Below, piece by piece: positions 38,154-47,779 of a stretch of DNA of 64,000 nt. Origin of the DNA: a bacterium. Its GTDB lineage: Bacteria; Patescibacteriota; UBA1384; CAILIB01. Numbering within the stretch: the stretch's first letter is position 1; the number at the start of each line of letters is the position of its first letter. The stretch lies in NCBI GenBank assembly GCA_037131105.1, contig JBAXRQ010000001.1:194039-258038 (forward strand), in the 5' to 3' direction. The notes under the pieces are model-generated. The model did not search any database. It saw nothing but the letters and a program-made list of their open reading frames with translations, and was not told where the DNA came from. Both the position numbers and the translations under genes were made by a program.

Positions 38154-39719
38154 CTAGTGGCGAGTCTTTTCGGTCACGCGAAAGCCGATGTATTTGCCGA
38201 GCATCAGGCGTGTCTGGGCATCGAGTCCCGGGATGGAGCCGAAAAAGATGCCAAACATCGGCACCAGTATCCATTGGAGGGCCATGGTTGAGACGGTCAG
38301 GGGCTTCTTCTTGTAGGGGACGATTGAAAGCACACGCAGAGTAAGGATGCTGGAGATGATCAGACCGATCCAGGTAAGGCTGAGGAGCTCCTTGGTGACG
38401 AAGATGAAGTTGCTGACCACCACTTGGTCTCTGAAACTGTCATTGACCAAGATTGGGATCCAGCCGACGAAGGTGATGAAGAAGGACGAGGTGGCCCAGG
38501 AGAAGGAGCCAACGAAGGCGCGCCATACCAGCATGAACCGGTCTAAGAAGGGGATCTCCCGGTGGTAGAAGCATTCAAGGACGATGTAGGGGAAATGCTC
38601 TACGCCGTAGGCCCAGCGCTGCTGCTGGAAGTACAGGTTCTTAAGAGTGCTCCACAGGTTGTACGAGTGCACGGCGTCCATGTAGATAGGCATAAAGAGC
38701 GGTACCACCCGGAACTTGCCCTCATAATGGAAAAAGGCGCGGAAGTACTGGCGCGAGTCCTCATTGACGATGGAGGTGCACCAGTAGTCGATGTCCACCA
38801 GAGTTTTCAAAGATACGGCATGGGTGGCAAAGGTGATGAGGCGGTAGTCGCGTACTGACTCAATTAGCTGCCAGAAGGTGGTACCGAAGGCTAGTACCCG
38901 GGACATCATCGGGGCTTCCCAGATGTTATTGAAGTAGGTAGCCACCGGCTGGAAGCCGCAGCGGGTGCGGTCAGGAAGCACGGCGTAGGCATAGGTTAGA
39001 CAGAGGAAGTATTTCTCATCGAAACGGGAGTCGGCGTCCGCGCAGGAGACGATCACCTTGTCCATGGCGATGTGGGCCTCTTTCATCTGGCGGACCAGCT
39101 CTTTGGCCGCCCAGGTCGCGTTGGCACCCTTTGCCTTCACCTCTCCTACGATGTCGTCGGGATGCTCGGTGACGATAAACCTGAAGAAGCGCTTGCCATA
39201 CTTCTTCTCAAGACTCTTGGCGATAGGGCGGGCATTTTCAGCGTCACGGCCCTCGGTGGCCAGTACAAAGATAAGGTGGTCCTCCGGGAAGTGTGCGTTC
39301 AGCACCGACTGGATCGAGGCCTCAAGGATGGGCTCCTCTTCCTTGTAGGTAGGCATGATGATGGCGTGGTAGAGCTCGCGCCAGTCCAAGATGTCGCGCT
39401 CTTCGCGCTCGGCAGGGGAGAGGGCGGTGATATCGTCCAACCGTGCCTGCCAGTTCAGTCCCAAGTGGTATTTCAGGCGGCGGTACCCCCGGATGAGCAT
39501 GAAGCTGTAGTTGAAGGTCTGTACCAGCCAGTACACATCGAAGACCAGAATGAAGAGAGTGACGGTAAGGGGATAGTAAAAGGAAAGGAAGAAAGGAGCT
39601 AGCAGAAAAGCCCAGACTACGGCGCCAGGCAGAATCTCCAAGGCCCGGAACCAGAAGGGCGAGTAGCGTCTTGGTGAAACGTTGGGGTTGGCGACTATCT
39701 CGAAGGAGTCGGTATGCAT
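38154..39719 (-). CDS. processive family-2 glycosyltransferase (cellulose/chitin-synthase-like) membrane protein
   Basis: N-terminal TMs, DAD/D.D motifs, QQQRW (QxxRW) motif. Confidence 0.7.
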   Translation of the reverse strand: MHTDSFEIVANPNVSPRRYSPFWFRALEILPGAVVWAFLLAPFFLSFYYPLTVTLFILVFDVYWLVQTFNYSFMLIRGYRRLKYHLGLNWQARLDDITALSPAEREERDILDWRELYHAIIMPTYKEEEPILEASIQSVLNAHFPEDHLIFVLATEGRDAENARPIAKSLEKKYGKRFFRFIVTEHPDDIVGEVKAKGANATWAAKELVRQMKEAHIAMDKVIVSCADADSRFDEKYFLCLTYAYAVLPDRTRCGFQPVATYFNNIWEAPMMSRVLAFGTTFWQLIESVRDYRLITFATHAVSLKTLVDIDYWCTSIVNEDSRQYFRAFFHYEGKFRVVPLFMPIYMDAVHSYNLWSTLKNLYFQQQRWAYGVEHFPYIVLECFYHREIPFLDRFMLVWRAFVGSFSWATSSFFITFVGWIPILVNDSFRDQVVVSNFIFVTKELLSLTWIGLIISSILTLRVLSIVPYKKKPLTVSTMALQWILVPMFGIFFGSIPGLDAQTRLMLGKYIGFRVTEKTRH

Positions 39720-40861
39720 TAGTTGGGGTTGAAAGCGCGGTTGGCAGATAGATAGGCATCGACGGGCTGGCCGTTGACGGTCTTGATCGAGGAACGGATA
39801 GCATCAAGAACTACTCCGCTATCTGGTAGGATACCCTTTTGTACCTTCGGATAATAGGCCGCATTTATATTTTTGAAGACAGTAGGATCGTTCTCATAGA
39901 GCTGCCACCAAGCCATACCGATGAGCTGGTAGATCTCGGATACCTGGGGACTTTCGTAGAGCGCCTGGTTGTCCTTGGGCACGTGGAGCGTGGCATTCCA
40001 GTTCTTGTACTGGTCAGCCGTACCGGCCAGGTAGAGATGACTGAAGTGAGGGAGCTTGCCGTCCTGGGTCATCTGCTCCATCACTGCATCGGTGGTGGCC
40101 ACCGTCATGCCCTCTTCAAGGGCTGAGCTTTGAAAAACGGCTACTCCGTGGAACCCGTGCACCATCTCGTGGATAAGGGTGTTGGTATCTTCGAAGTTTG
40201 TCTTGTCGAAGTCCTTGAGGTGGATGTTCACCTTGATGCCGGTGCTGCTGTTCTCGATGATGATCTCACCTGAAGACCCAGGAATACTGAACTCGTCGAC
40301 GAAGGTGATGACGATACTGTTCAGCAGGTAGGGCTGCCCGTACGTCTTCTGGATATAATCGTAGGCGTCGGAGACCACCTGCTTGACCTCGGCCTCCTTG
40401 GCGCTGACATTGCTGATATGCGAGGTGTTCTGGAAGCTGAAGAGCGGGGGTCGGGCGCGCAGCTGGGTGAGTTCGTCAGCATTCTTGCTCAGCTGGTCCT
40501 GTTGTGACTTGAGCTGGGCCTGTGAGGTGCTAAGCTGCGCTGACTTGGCATCCTGCTGCTTCTGGATGTCGGTAAGCTGCTTGGTGACCTGGTCTACCTT
40601 GGTAGTCTGCAGGCTCAGCTGGGACTTGTCCTGACGCAGGTCGGACTGCAGCTTTTCAATCTGGTCACGCATAGCCTGCTCCTGCTGGTCCACCGTGGCA
40701 TAACTGGCAAGCTTGATCTGGTCCACCTGCCAGGCGTACAGGAGAATGGAGCAGTTGATCGCCAGGATCAACGAGAATATGGGATAGAGCCGGGAGACCC
40801 GGTTTGGCAGGGAGGGAAGCCGCATGGATATAGTATAGCCTAGGCGGTAGGCGGGCGCCAC
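39719..40861 (-). CDS. membrane-anchored coiled-coil protein with HExxH zinc-peptidase-like motif
   Basis: N-terminal TM; Q-rich coiled coil; HEMVHGFH. Confidence 0.4.
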   Translation of the reverse strand: MAPAYRLGYTISMRLPSLPNRVSRLYPIFSLILAINCSILLYAWQVDQIKLASYATVDQQEQAMRDQIEKLQSDLRQDKSQLSLQTTKVDQVTKQLTDIQKQQDAKSAQLSTSQAQLKSQQDQLSKNADELTQLRARPPLFSFQNTSHISNVSAKEAEVKQVVSDAYDYIQKTYGQPYLLNSIVITFVDEFSIPGSSGEIIIENSSTGIKVNIHLKDFDKTNFEDTNTLIHEMVHGFHGVAVFQSSALEEGMTVATTDAVMEQMTQDGKLPHFSHLYLAGTADQYKNWNATLHVPKDNQALYESPQVSEIYQLIGMAWWQLYENDPTVFKNINAAYYPKVQKGILPDSGVVLDAIRSSIKTVNGQPVDAYLSANRAFNPN

Positions 40862-40936
40862 AGGAGGGTTCCGGTAGGGCTGCCAGAACTGCTAGAATGG
40901 AAAAGAAATAGGAATATTACCCACGCAGACCCTTGC

Positions 40937-41329
40937 ATGACTCGCGATGCCCTTAAGTTCGGACTGGTCGGAGGCATCAGTACCGCCATCGACTTCCTGT
41001 TCCTGAACTTCTTTACCTTTCTCGGGCTGAATATCTTTTGGGCCATCTTTTTCTCCTACCTGCTAGGCTCGGTGAACGGCTATCTCCTGAACAACAAGTG
41101 GACCTACGGACACCTTGAGATGCCCAGTACTGTCAGCGGCTTCCTGCAGTACGCTACGGTAAGCTTTATCGGTCTGGGTCTGACCGAGCTTATCGTCTAC
41201 GCGTTCTATAGTGAGCTGCACCTGGGAGTCAACGCTTCCAAGCTGCTGGCGGTAGCAATAGTATTCTTCTGGAACTTCCTAGCTAACCGGATGTTCACTT
41301 TCAAGGTGAAGCCGCCGCTGGTAGTCTGA
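40937..41329 (+). CDS. GtrA-family membrane protein (glycan translocation accessory)
   Basis: 4 TM segments; FGLVGGISTAIDFLFLN...NNKWTY pattern. Confidence 0.6.
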   Translation: MTRDALKFGLVGGISTAIDFLFLNFFTFLGLNIFWAIFFSYLLGSVNGYLLNNKWTYGHLEMPSTVSGFLQYATVSFIGLGLTELIVYAFYSELHLGVNASKLLAVAIVFFWNFLANRMFTFKVKPPLVV

Positions 41330-41334
41330 GCGAT

Positions 41335-42549
41335 TTAGTACGAAATTGTGCTATTAGACTCGACAAGCTGTATCCAGGTGTTGCCGCGGACAAACTTCAC
41401 TTCGGCGCCGGCAGCGTCGTAGAAATGAGTGCGCTGGTCTGAGGCGGCTTTCTTCCAGGTGCCTTTTACTGCCTGTCCGTTCTGTATGATCACGGCGGCA
41501 CCGGTCCCGGTAAGGGCGTAGCGGCTGATCGGCTTGACTATGCTGCCATAGCGCTCGGTGTCATTGGTGCGCACAGCGGTCTGGAGGATGACGTTCTTGG
41601 CGGTGATCTGTGCCCCGGTGCCGGCATCAGTGTGGGCTACTCCGGCCATGACCCGCTTATATGAGTTGGTGGTGGGGTCGTAGGTCCACTGCACGGCGAA
41701 TGAAGCGCTGGTCACGCTGACTTTGACGGGGGCCTCGGAGGCGGGACGTGAGGCGACGGCGATATCGTCCTGAAAGAGCCAGGGGGCGAAGTCGGCGGTC
41801 TTGGGCCAGCCCTTGGTACCGGTGGCGTACTGCCAGAGCTGGTCGGTGGAGGAGTAAAGGGTATGCTCGCTGCTTACCTTGCGGGTGGTGTCGCGGTGGA
41901 AAAGAGACCCTAATACCAGTCCGTCTAGATCGTAGGCGCCGGTCTTCTTGATCTCGGACAGGCCGTCCTGGCTGCCGCCGGCGTGGGCGAAGAAGGCCTT
42001 CACTTCATTGGATAGGTCTACATAGTAGGGGCGGGCGCTCCTGACCGGCTCTACCCGGACTGCCTTGGTGGGATCGGCGAAGATTGCATAGAAGCGGGTG
42101 ATACCTCCCTCGGCGATAGCTTCATATACAAGGTCGGCTTGGCCGAGGCCGTACTGGGGGCGGGCGTCGGGTGTATTTTCGATCATAACGCCAAGGGGAT
42201 GCAGGTTTTCGGTGCCAGCTGGGACCATGAGGCCGGTAAGGAGGGAGGTAGCCAGGGCCGGCGTGGGGGTGGGAGCTGGTGTGGCTGGGGCAGAAGGTGC
42301 TGAGGTGGCTCCTGGCGTAGCAATGATGACAACGGGGACGTCCTTTTGCTTGGAATGCCAGTAAGCAAAGCCAAGAGCGGGCACTAGTATGACCAGGCCG
42401 GCTAGTGCGAGGAAAAGGGCGATTCTTTTCTTGGGCTTGAGAGGGATCTGGGGATTCTCGGGAGAGTTCTCCTGATTTGTATCCGAGCTGATCTTCTTGA
42501 AGAATGATGACATGTGCCCATTGTAATGGAAGAAGGGGGGCGGTGCCAA
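41335..42549 (-). CDS. DUF3048 (YerB-like) secreted/lipoprotein
   Basis: N-terminal TM; Ala/Pro-rich linker; IENTPDARPQYGLGQADLVYEAIAEGGITRF pattern. Confidence 0.5.
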   Translation of the reverse strand: MAPPPFFHYNGHMSSFFKKISSDTNQENSPENPQIPLKPKKRIALFLALAGLVILVPALGFAYWHSKQKDVPVVIIATPGATSAPSAPATPAPTPTPALATSLLTGLMVPAGTENLHPLGVMIENTPDARPQYGLGQADLVYEAIAEGGITRFYAIFADPTKAVRVEPVRSARPYYVDLSNEVKAFFAHAGGSQDGLSEIKKTGAYDLDGLVLGSLFHRDTTRKVSSEHTLYSSTDQLWQYATGTKGWPKTADFAPWLFQDDIAVASRPASEAPVKVSVTSASFAVQWTYDPTTNSYKRVMAGVAHTDAGTGAQITAKNVILQTAVRTNDTERYGSIVKPISRYALTGTGAAVIIQNGQAVKGTWKKAASDQRTHFYDAAGAEVKFVRGNTWIQLVESNSTISY

Positions 42550-42621
42550 GCCGAAGGGCTGAATGTTGCCTGCGAATGTGCGATTATGGGATCACAACTA
42601 CCAGGACCTAATTGTAAGAAC

Positions 42622-42915
42622 ATGCAGACAGCTGAAGAACGTCTGGACGCACTGGAGAACCGCAACAAGCGGGTGGAGGCTGACAAGCAGTGGGAGGGAA
42701 GCCTGGAAAGAAGGGCGTCCATTATGCTTATGACCTATGTCATCATCGGCATCTTCCTGACCCTTATCGGCACCGCCCATGCCTGGATCAATGCCGTTGT
42801 TCCTAGTATCGGCTTTCTTTTGTCTACACTTACCTTGGGTTTTCTGAAGCGAGCCTGGGTGGACAGGCGCCTGGGTGAAGTAGAAATAAAAAAAGACCCT
42901 GCTGAGGTCGAGTGA
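42622..42915 (+). CDS. small membrane protein
   Basis: ORF with 2 TM; start trimmed to MQTAEERL. Confidence 0.3.
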   Translation: MQTAEERLDALENRNKRVEADKQWEGSLERRASIMLMTYVIIGIFLTLIGTAHAWINAVVPSIGFLLSTLTLGFLKRAWVDRRLGEVEIKKDPAEVE

Positions 42916-43498
42916 TAAAAAGCAGAAGGGACGGAGAACGTGGTGTACGTCTCCGCCCCCTTTGGTACGGTGGCGCCTTGTTAGGGCAAGATTTCGGGTG
43001 GCAGATGGGATCTACCGGTTTCCCTAAGGCGTTACGGAGGCCTCTAGATTCTCCGCCCGGTTTATATGGCCTCGGGAGGCCATCTGGGTTGGCATAGACG
43101 ACTGAATTCAAAACGGGGCATCCAAAGCCCGGGCGTTTCTAGGTCGTTTGAGGCGGGCTCGTAGATACGAGGTGCCTCATCGAACCAGTCAATAACTATG
43201 TCAGCAGACCACAACTCGGGAGCTTGCAGGATCGCTTCTAGCTGTTCCTGCGCGCGGCGAGCCCAGTACTTACTGATCGCCAGATGCTCCCAGCTCAGCC
43301 AGCTATGGCTGAACAGACTGATGTGTGTGTGCAAACGGTTACCTCCTTCATCTCTCTAGTACGTTGCATAGGTGAGAGATAGATCTTTATATCACTTGGA
43401 ACTCTGTTTGTCAAGACAATTAGCTCTGGTAATTGAATATTTGGTACTTATCTGGTACAAAGAACGAGCTTAGAATCTGGATTGAAAGGGGAGGGAGC

Positions 43499-44542
43499 AT
43501 GAATAGCTTGATAACCGTACTGGGTTTGCCGGTGCTGGGGAATTGGAGTGCTGAGTGCCGGCTTTTCGTACCACTTGGCCATGAGGCCTTCTGCCGTGAG
43601 ATTCTTCACGAGGATGAAGACGATAGTTCCAATGCTCCGTTAGGACAGCTCGAGGAGCTGCTTGGACTCATTGATACGTTGCATCGCGCCAGACAGAAGC
43701 CCTTTCTGCTGCTGACCCACATGAATCGGTTCCCCGGAGTTGTATTCAAGGAGCTGTATGACAGCGGCGTGCGGCAGTTTCCTATTCGTAAGCTTGATAG
43801 GAGGGCGCTGCTCAGCGGCTTTCCTCGGGACTTGGCCGTGGCGGTACCCGAGACCATGACATTGCTGGTTAGTACCAGGTATCGGGGGAGGGTTAAGCCC
43901 CGGTACGATGGCTGGAGGGTCATAAGGTCGAACTGGGGTGAAGGCGGACGCATACATGTCTCAGGGACGACGGCAGTAGTGGCAGAGCGGGAAGGACCGA
44001 TCTTTGGCCGCCAAGACCATCGGGCACTGAGAGAGGCTGGCATAGAGAAGATAGTGACACTGCCCCAGGGCGGGGCGTTGGTTGAGGAGCATGACGGGAG
44101 TAAAGTCTATGCCCGTATCGGCCATGTCGATGTCTTCGCCGGCCTCTGCACTGCCAATGACGGGAGCCTGCATCTTTTCCTGGATCCGCAGTACCCTTCC
44201 TTTGATAAGGATGTTCGTACAGCGATTCGGGAGTATGCCTTGCGGATGTGCGAGAAGGCAGATATCACTCTCCATGTCCCCGAGACCGACCTGCTGGTTC
44301 CCTATTCGCCCGGCTTTGTGCAGCTGCACGGCGGGAGGGTGATACTGACCGGGGGTGAGCCTTGGCTGAAGGATGAGCTGGTCAAGCTGCTCGGCCCTAT
44401 GAAGGTGTTCTGCATGAAGCAGCCGTTTAAGAGGATTCCCTGTTATCTTCGGGCCGGCATCCACTGTCTGGTCAATGAGTTGCCAGGGAACTTCCTGATA
44501 GATCTATTGGAGGAAACATATCGGAAAAACGCCACGGGCTAG
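43499..44542 (+). CDS. guanidino-group-modifying enzyme superfamily protein (agmatine deiminase/PAD/amidinotransferase-like)
   Basis: C-terminal RAGIHCLVNELP resembles the GGxIHCxTQQxP catalytic-Cys motif; ATG at 43499 preceded by GGGGAGGGAG RBS. Confidence 0.4.
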   Translation: MNSLITVLGLPVLGNWSAECRLFVPLGHEAFCREILHEDEDDSSNAPLGQLEELLGLIDTLHRARQKPFLLLTHMNRFPGVVFKELYDSGVRQFPIRKLDRRALLSGFPRDLAVAVPETMTLLVSTRYRGRVKPRYDGWRVIRSNWGEGGRIHVSGTTAVVAEREGPIFGRQDHRALREAGIEKIVTLPQGGALVEEHDGSKVYARIGHVDVFAGLCTANDGSLHLFLDPQYPSFDKDVRTAIREYALRMCEKADITLHVPETDLLVPYSPGFVQLHGGRVILTGGEPWLKDELVKLLGPMKVFCMKQPFKRIPCYLRAGIHCLVNELPGNFLIDLLEETYRKNATG

Positions 44543-44619
44543 CTGCCCGTGGCGTTTTGCTTTATGTACGGCTTATTTCCAGACGTGTGATCTGACAATA
44601 AGGTAGTTGCGTTGATAGG

Positions 44620-45306
44620 TCATCTCATTCCGACCTCGCCTACAAAGGGTCGCATCGCCGCCTGGCAGGCGGTCAGCTTCTGGCTACTGAAGGGTGCGAG
44701 ATCAGTGCCGTCGATACTCTTCGTGTCCTGGTAATTCTGCAGAAAGTATCGTTTCGCTCCTGTGATCATCCGTCCCATTACATGAAAATCCGAAATATCT
44801 AGCAGTGGATCGGCTACGGTGGTTCGAAACTCGTAGTCAATGCCGCTTTCCATAATGAGCCTAATGCTCTCGCTGATGTGCTTGGTCATGCTAGCGGGGA
44901 ATCCACAGATCAGGGGGTATTTTTCCAGAGGCCCCTTGATGTCCATGGCGACATAGTCCACCGTACCTTCGGCAAGGATGGCTCCCAGCTGCTTGGGACG
45001 GGATCCGTTACTGTCCAGCTTCACCAGAAAGCCTAGGTCCTTAATGCGACGGATGAATCCGCTGAGGTCCGGCTGTACGGTTGGCTCGCCACCGGTAATG
45101 CAGACCGCCTCCAGCTTTCCCACCCGCGTCGCCAGGAAGTCGAAGAACTCCTCGACGTCTAGTACCGGTTCAAATCGCTCCGGCAGTACCAGCTCAGGGT
45201 TATGACAGTAGGGGCAGCGGAAGGTGCAGCCCTGGGTGAAGACCGTGGCGGCGACCTTGCCAGGGTAGTCGACGAGAGTGATTTTCTGTAGGCCGCCTAT
45301 CCTCAT
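44620..45306 (-). CDS. nrdG: anaerobic ribonucleoside-triphosphate reductase activating protein (radical SAM)
   Basis: CTFRCPYCHN radical-SAM cluster motif; 4-nt overlap with nrdD. Confidence 0.85.
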   Translation of the reverse strand: MRIGGLQKITLVDYPGKVAATVFTQGCTFRCPYCHNPELVLPERFEPVLDVEEFFDFLATRVGKLEAVCITGGEPTVQPDLSGFIRRIKDLGFLVKLDSNGSRPKQLGAILAEGTVDYVAMDIKGPLEKYPLICGFPASMTKHISESIRLIMESGIDYEFRTTVADPLLDISDFHVMGRMITGAKRYFLQNYQDTKSIDGTDLAPFSSQKLTACQAAMRPFVGEVGMR

Positions 45307-47447
45307 GCGCCCACTTTCTCCCGGGTCTGTTTCGAAGGCCTGCTTGCGGGTACTGTGCCGGGCATGCGGTAGGTGGAACGGGCGGAAAACTCAGCCTTCT
45401 TTCCAGGATTCCACTGCTTGACCGGGCGCAGGTAGCCGACGATGCGCGAGTATACGTTGTTCTCGGCTCCGCACGTCTCGCATACCGGTACCTTCCCAGC
45501 CACATAGCCGTGCTCGGGACAGACCGAGAAGGTCGGGGTAAGGGTGAAGTAGGGCAGATGGTACTTGGTGCAGATGGTCCTGACCAGTGCCTTTACCGCC
45601 GAGGTGTCGGAAATCTCCTCTCCGATGAAGAGGTGGACGACAGTCCCCCCGGTGTACTTGGTCTGTAGGTCGTCCTGAAGGTCGAGCAGCTCGAACATGT
45701 CGTCGGTGAAATTGACGGGCAGGTGGGAGGAGTTGGTGTAGAAGGGTGGCTGTCCTAGTAGGTGCTCTGCCTCGTTGGCCACAGCAATGTCAGGGTAGAG
45801 CTCCTTGTCCTTGCTGGCGAAGCGGAAGGCGGTCGCCTCGGCCGGGGTAGCCTCCAGGTTGTAATAGTTGTCGGTCTCTTTCTGGTAGTTCTGGATCCGG
45901 TTGCGCATGAAGTCCAGTACCTTGGTGGCGAACTTCCTGCCTTTCACGGAGCCTACATCCTCTCGCAATAAGTTCAAGCAGGCCTCGTTCATACCGACCA
46001 GGCCGATGGTGGAGAAGTGGTTGGTCCAATAGGTGCCGTTATGGGCCTTGATATCGCGAAGGTAGAACTTGCTGTAGGGGTAGAGGCCGGCGTCAGTCAG
46101 CTTTTCCAGGAGTTTTCGCTTTATCTCCAGACTTTCCTTAGCTACGTCCATCAGGTCTCCCAGGCGGTTCAGGAACTCCTTTTGGCTTTTGGCCAGGTAG
46201 CCGATGCGGGGAAGGTTGATGGTGACTACTCCAATGGAACCGGTCAGGGGGTTGGCGCCAAAGAGTCCGCCGCCGCGCTTCCTTAGTTCTCGGTTGTCCA
46301 GGCGAAGACGGCAGCACATGCTGCGCGCGTCCTCAGGGTCCATGTCCGAGTTTACGAAGTTCGAGAAGTAGGGGATGCCGTACTTGGCAGTCATCTTCCA
46401 GAGTCCTTCCAGCTTGGGGTTATCCCAGTCGAAGTCCTTGGAGATGTTGTAGGTAGGGATAGGAAAAGTGAAGACCCGTCCCTTGGCGTCACCCTCGGCG
46501 ATAACCTTAGTAAAGGCGGCGTTGAACATGTCCATTTCCTTTTGAAACTCTCCGTAGGTCTCCTTCATGGGTTCGCCACCAATCAGCACGGCCTCGCGAG
46601 TCAAGGTGCTGGGGGCAATGAGGTCGAGGGTGACGTTGGTGAAGGGAGTCTGGAACCCGACCCTGGTAGGTACGTTCATATTGAAGACGAACTCCTGAAG
46701 TGCCTGCTCCACTTCCTCCTGGGTGAGCTTGTCATAGCGTATAAAGGGTGCGAGCAGGGTGTCGAAGCTGGAAAAAGCCTGGGCGCCGGCCGACTCACCT
46801 TGGAGAGTATAGAAAAAGTTGACGATCTGTCCGAGCACCACTTTGAAGTGCTTGGCTGGCTTGGACTCGATCTTGTCCTGGGTGCCCTTGAACCCCACCC
46901 GGAGCAAGTCCTGAAGGTCCCATCCTACGCAGTAGGTGGAAAGGGTGTTCAGATCATGGATGTGGAGATCACCGTTCTCAGCCGGCTGACAGACCTCGGG
47001 AGGGTATACCTTGTGCAGCCAGTAGGTCTTGGATATTTCTGAGGAGACGTAGTTGTTAAGGCCTTGCAGGGAGTAGGCCATGTTCGAGTTCTCTGATACC
47101 TGCCAGTCAAGGTTCTGAAGGTACTGGTCCATCAACTCTACCCGATGGGTCTGGGAGAGGGTGCGGAGCTGGGCATGCTGCTCACGGTAGAGGATATAGG
47201 CCTTGGCAGTCTTTTGGTAAGGGGAGGCCAGGAGCACCTGCTCCACTACGTTCTGCACCTCCTCCACGTTTGGGACCTTATAGCGGATAGCTTTAGGGAG
47301 TAGTTTTACTACCTGGCGGGTAAGTAGCTTGGAAACGCCTTCCCCAAATTCATCGGTAGCGGTACCAGCTTTCTCGAGGGCGGCGGCGATTTTAGACGAA
47401 TCAAACCTAGCGAGTCTTCCGTCTCGCTTGCGGATCGTGGTGTACAT
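45303..47447 (-). CDS. nrdD: anaerobic ribonucleoside-triphosphate reductase (class III) with ATP-cone
   Basis: N-terminal ATP-cone; C-terminal zinc ribbon CPEHGY...CETCG and glycine-radical motif RIVGYLRP. Confidence 0.9.
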   Translation of the reverse strand: MYTTIRKRDGRLARFDSSKIAAALEKAGTATDEFGEGVSKLLTRQVVKLLPKAIRYKVPNVEEVQNVVEQVLLASPYQKTAKAYILYREQHAQLRTLSQTHRVELMDQYLQNLDWQVSENSNMAYSLQGLNNYVSSEISKTYWLHKVYPPEVCQPAENGDLHIHDLNTLSTYCVGWDLQDLLRVGFKGTQDKIESKPAKHFKVVLGQIVNFFYTLQGESAGAQAFSSFDTLLAPFIRYDKLTQEEVEQALQEFVFNMNVPTRVGFQTPFTNVTLDLIAPSTLTREAVLIGGEPMKETYGEFQKEMDMFNAAFTKVIAEGDAKGRVFTFPIPTYNISKDFDWDNPKLEGLWKMTAKYGIPYFSNFVNSDMDPEDARSMCCRLRLDNRELRKRGGGLFGANPLTGSIGVVTINLPRIGYLAKSQKEFLNRLGDLMDVAKESLEIKRKLLEKLTDAGLYPYSKFYLRDIKAHNGTYWTNHFSTIGLVGMNEACLNLLREDVGSVKGRKFATKVLDFMRNRIQNYQKETDNYYNLEATPAEATAFRFASKDKELYPDIAVANEAEHLLGQPPFYTNSSHLPVNFTDDMFELLDLQDDLQTKYTGGTVVHLFIGEEISDTSAVKALVRTICTKYHLPYFTLTPTFSVCPEHGYVAGKVPVCETCGAENNVYSRIVGYLRPVKQWNPGKKAEFSARSTYRMPGTVPASRPSKQTREKVGA

Positions 47448-47779
47448 GGGGCCTCCCGGCGATTAGTGGGTCAGATGCTGATAGTGAGCGGATGCATGTA
47501 GTTAAGTAGTTTCGATATAATGAAACCATGTCACTGTGTGTGCGTCTATGTCTCTGACCTAGAAATAGCAAAAAAATAACACGAATATAAAAATAAAAGG
47601 CTGTGGTAATTGGTTATTTTATACTTTTCTAAATTATCGGATCATTCTTCACGGTAATGGCTTATGGTAGCTACTATATTTTGTAATGGCTTGTATTGCG
47701 GCTATGGTGGGCCAGACCTTTTTCTTTGTGAAGAGGAAGCGTATGGTGATCCTGACATCGAACCCTGACAAACAAGGAG

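Noticed and set aside
43606-44464. Antisense ORFs within 43499-44542
   Set aside because: The sense ORF has an RBS and a catalytic-Cys C-terminal motif. The antisense ORFs lack both.
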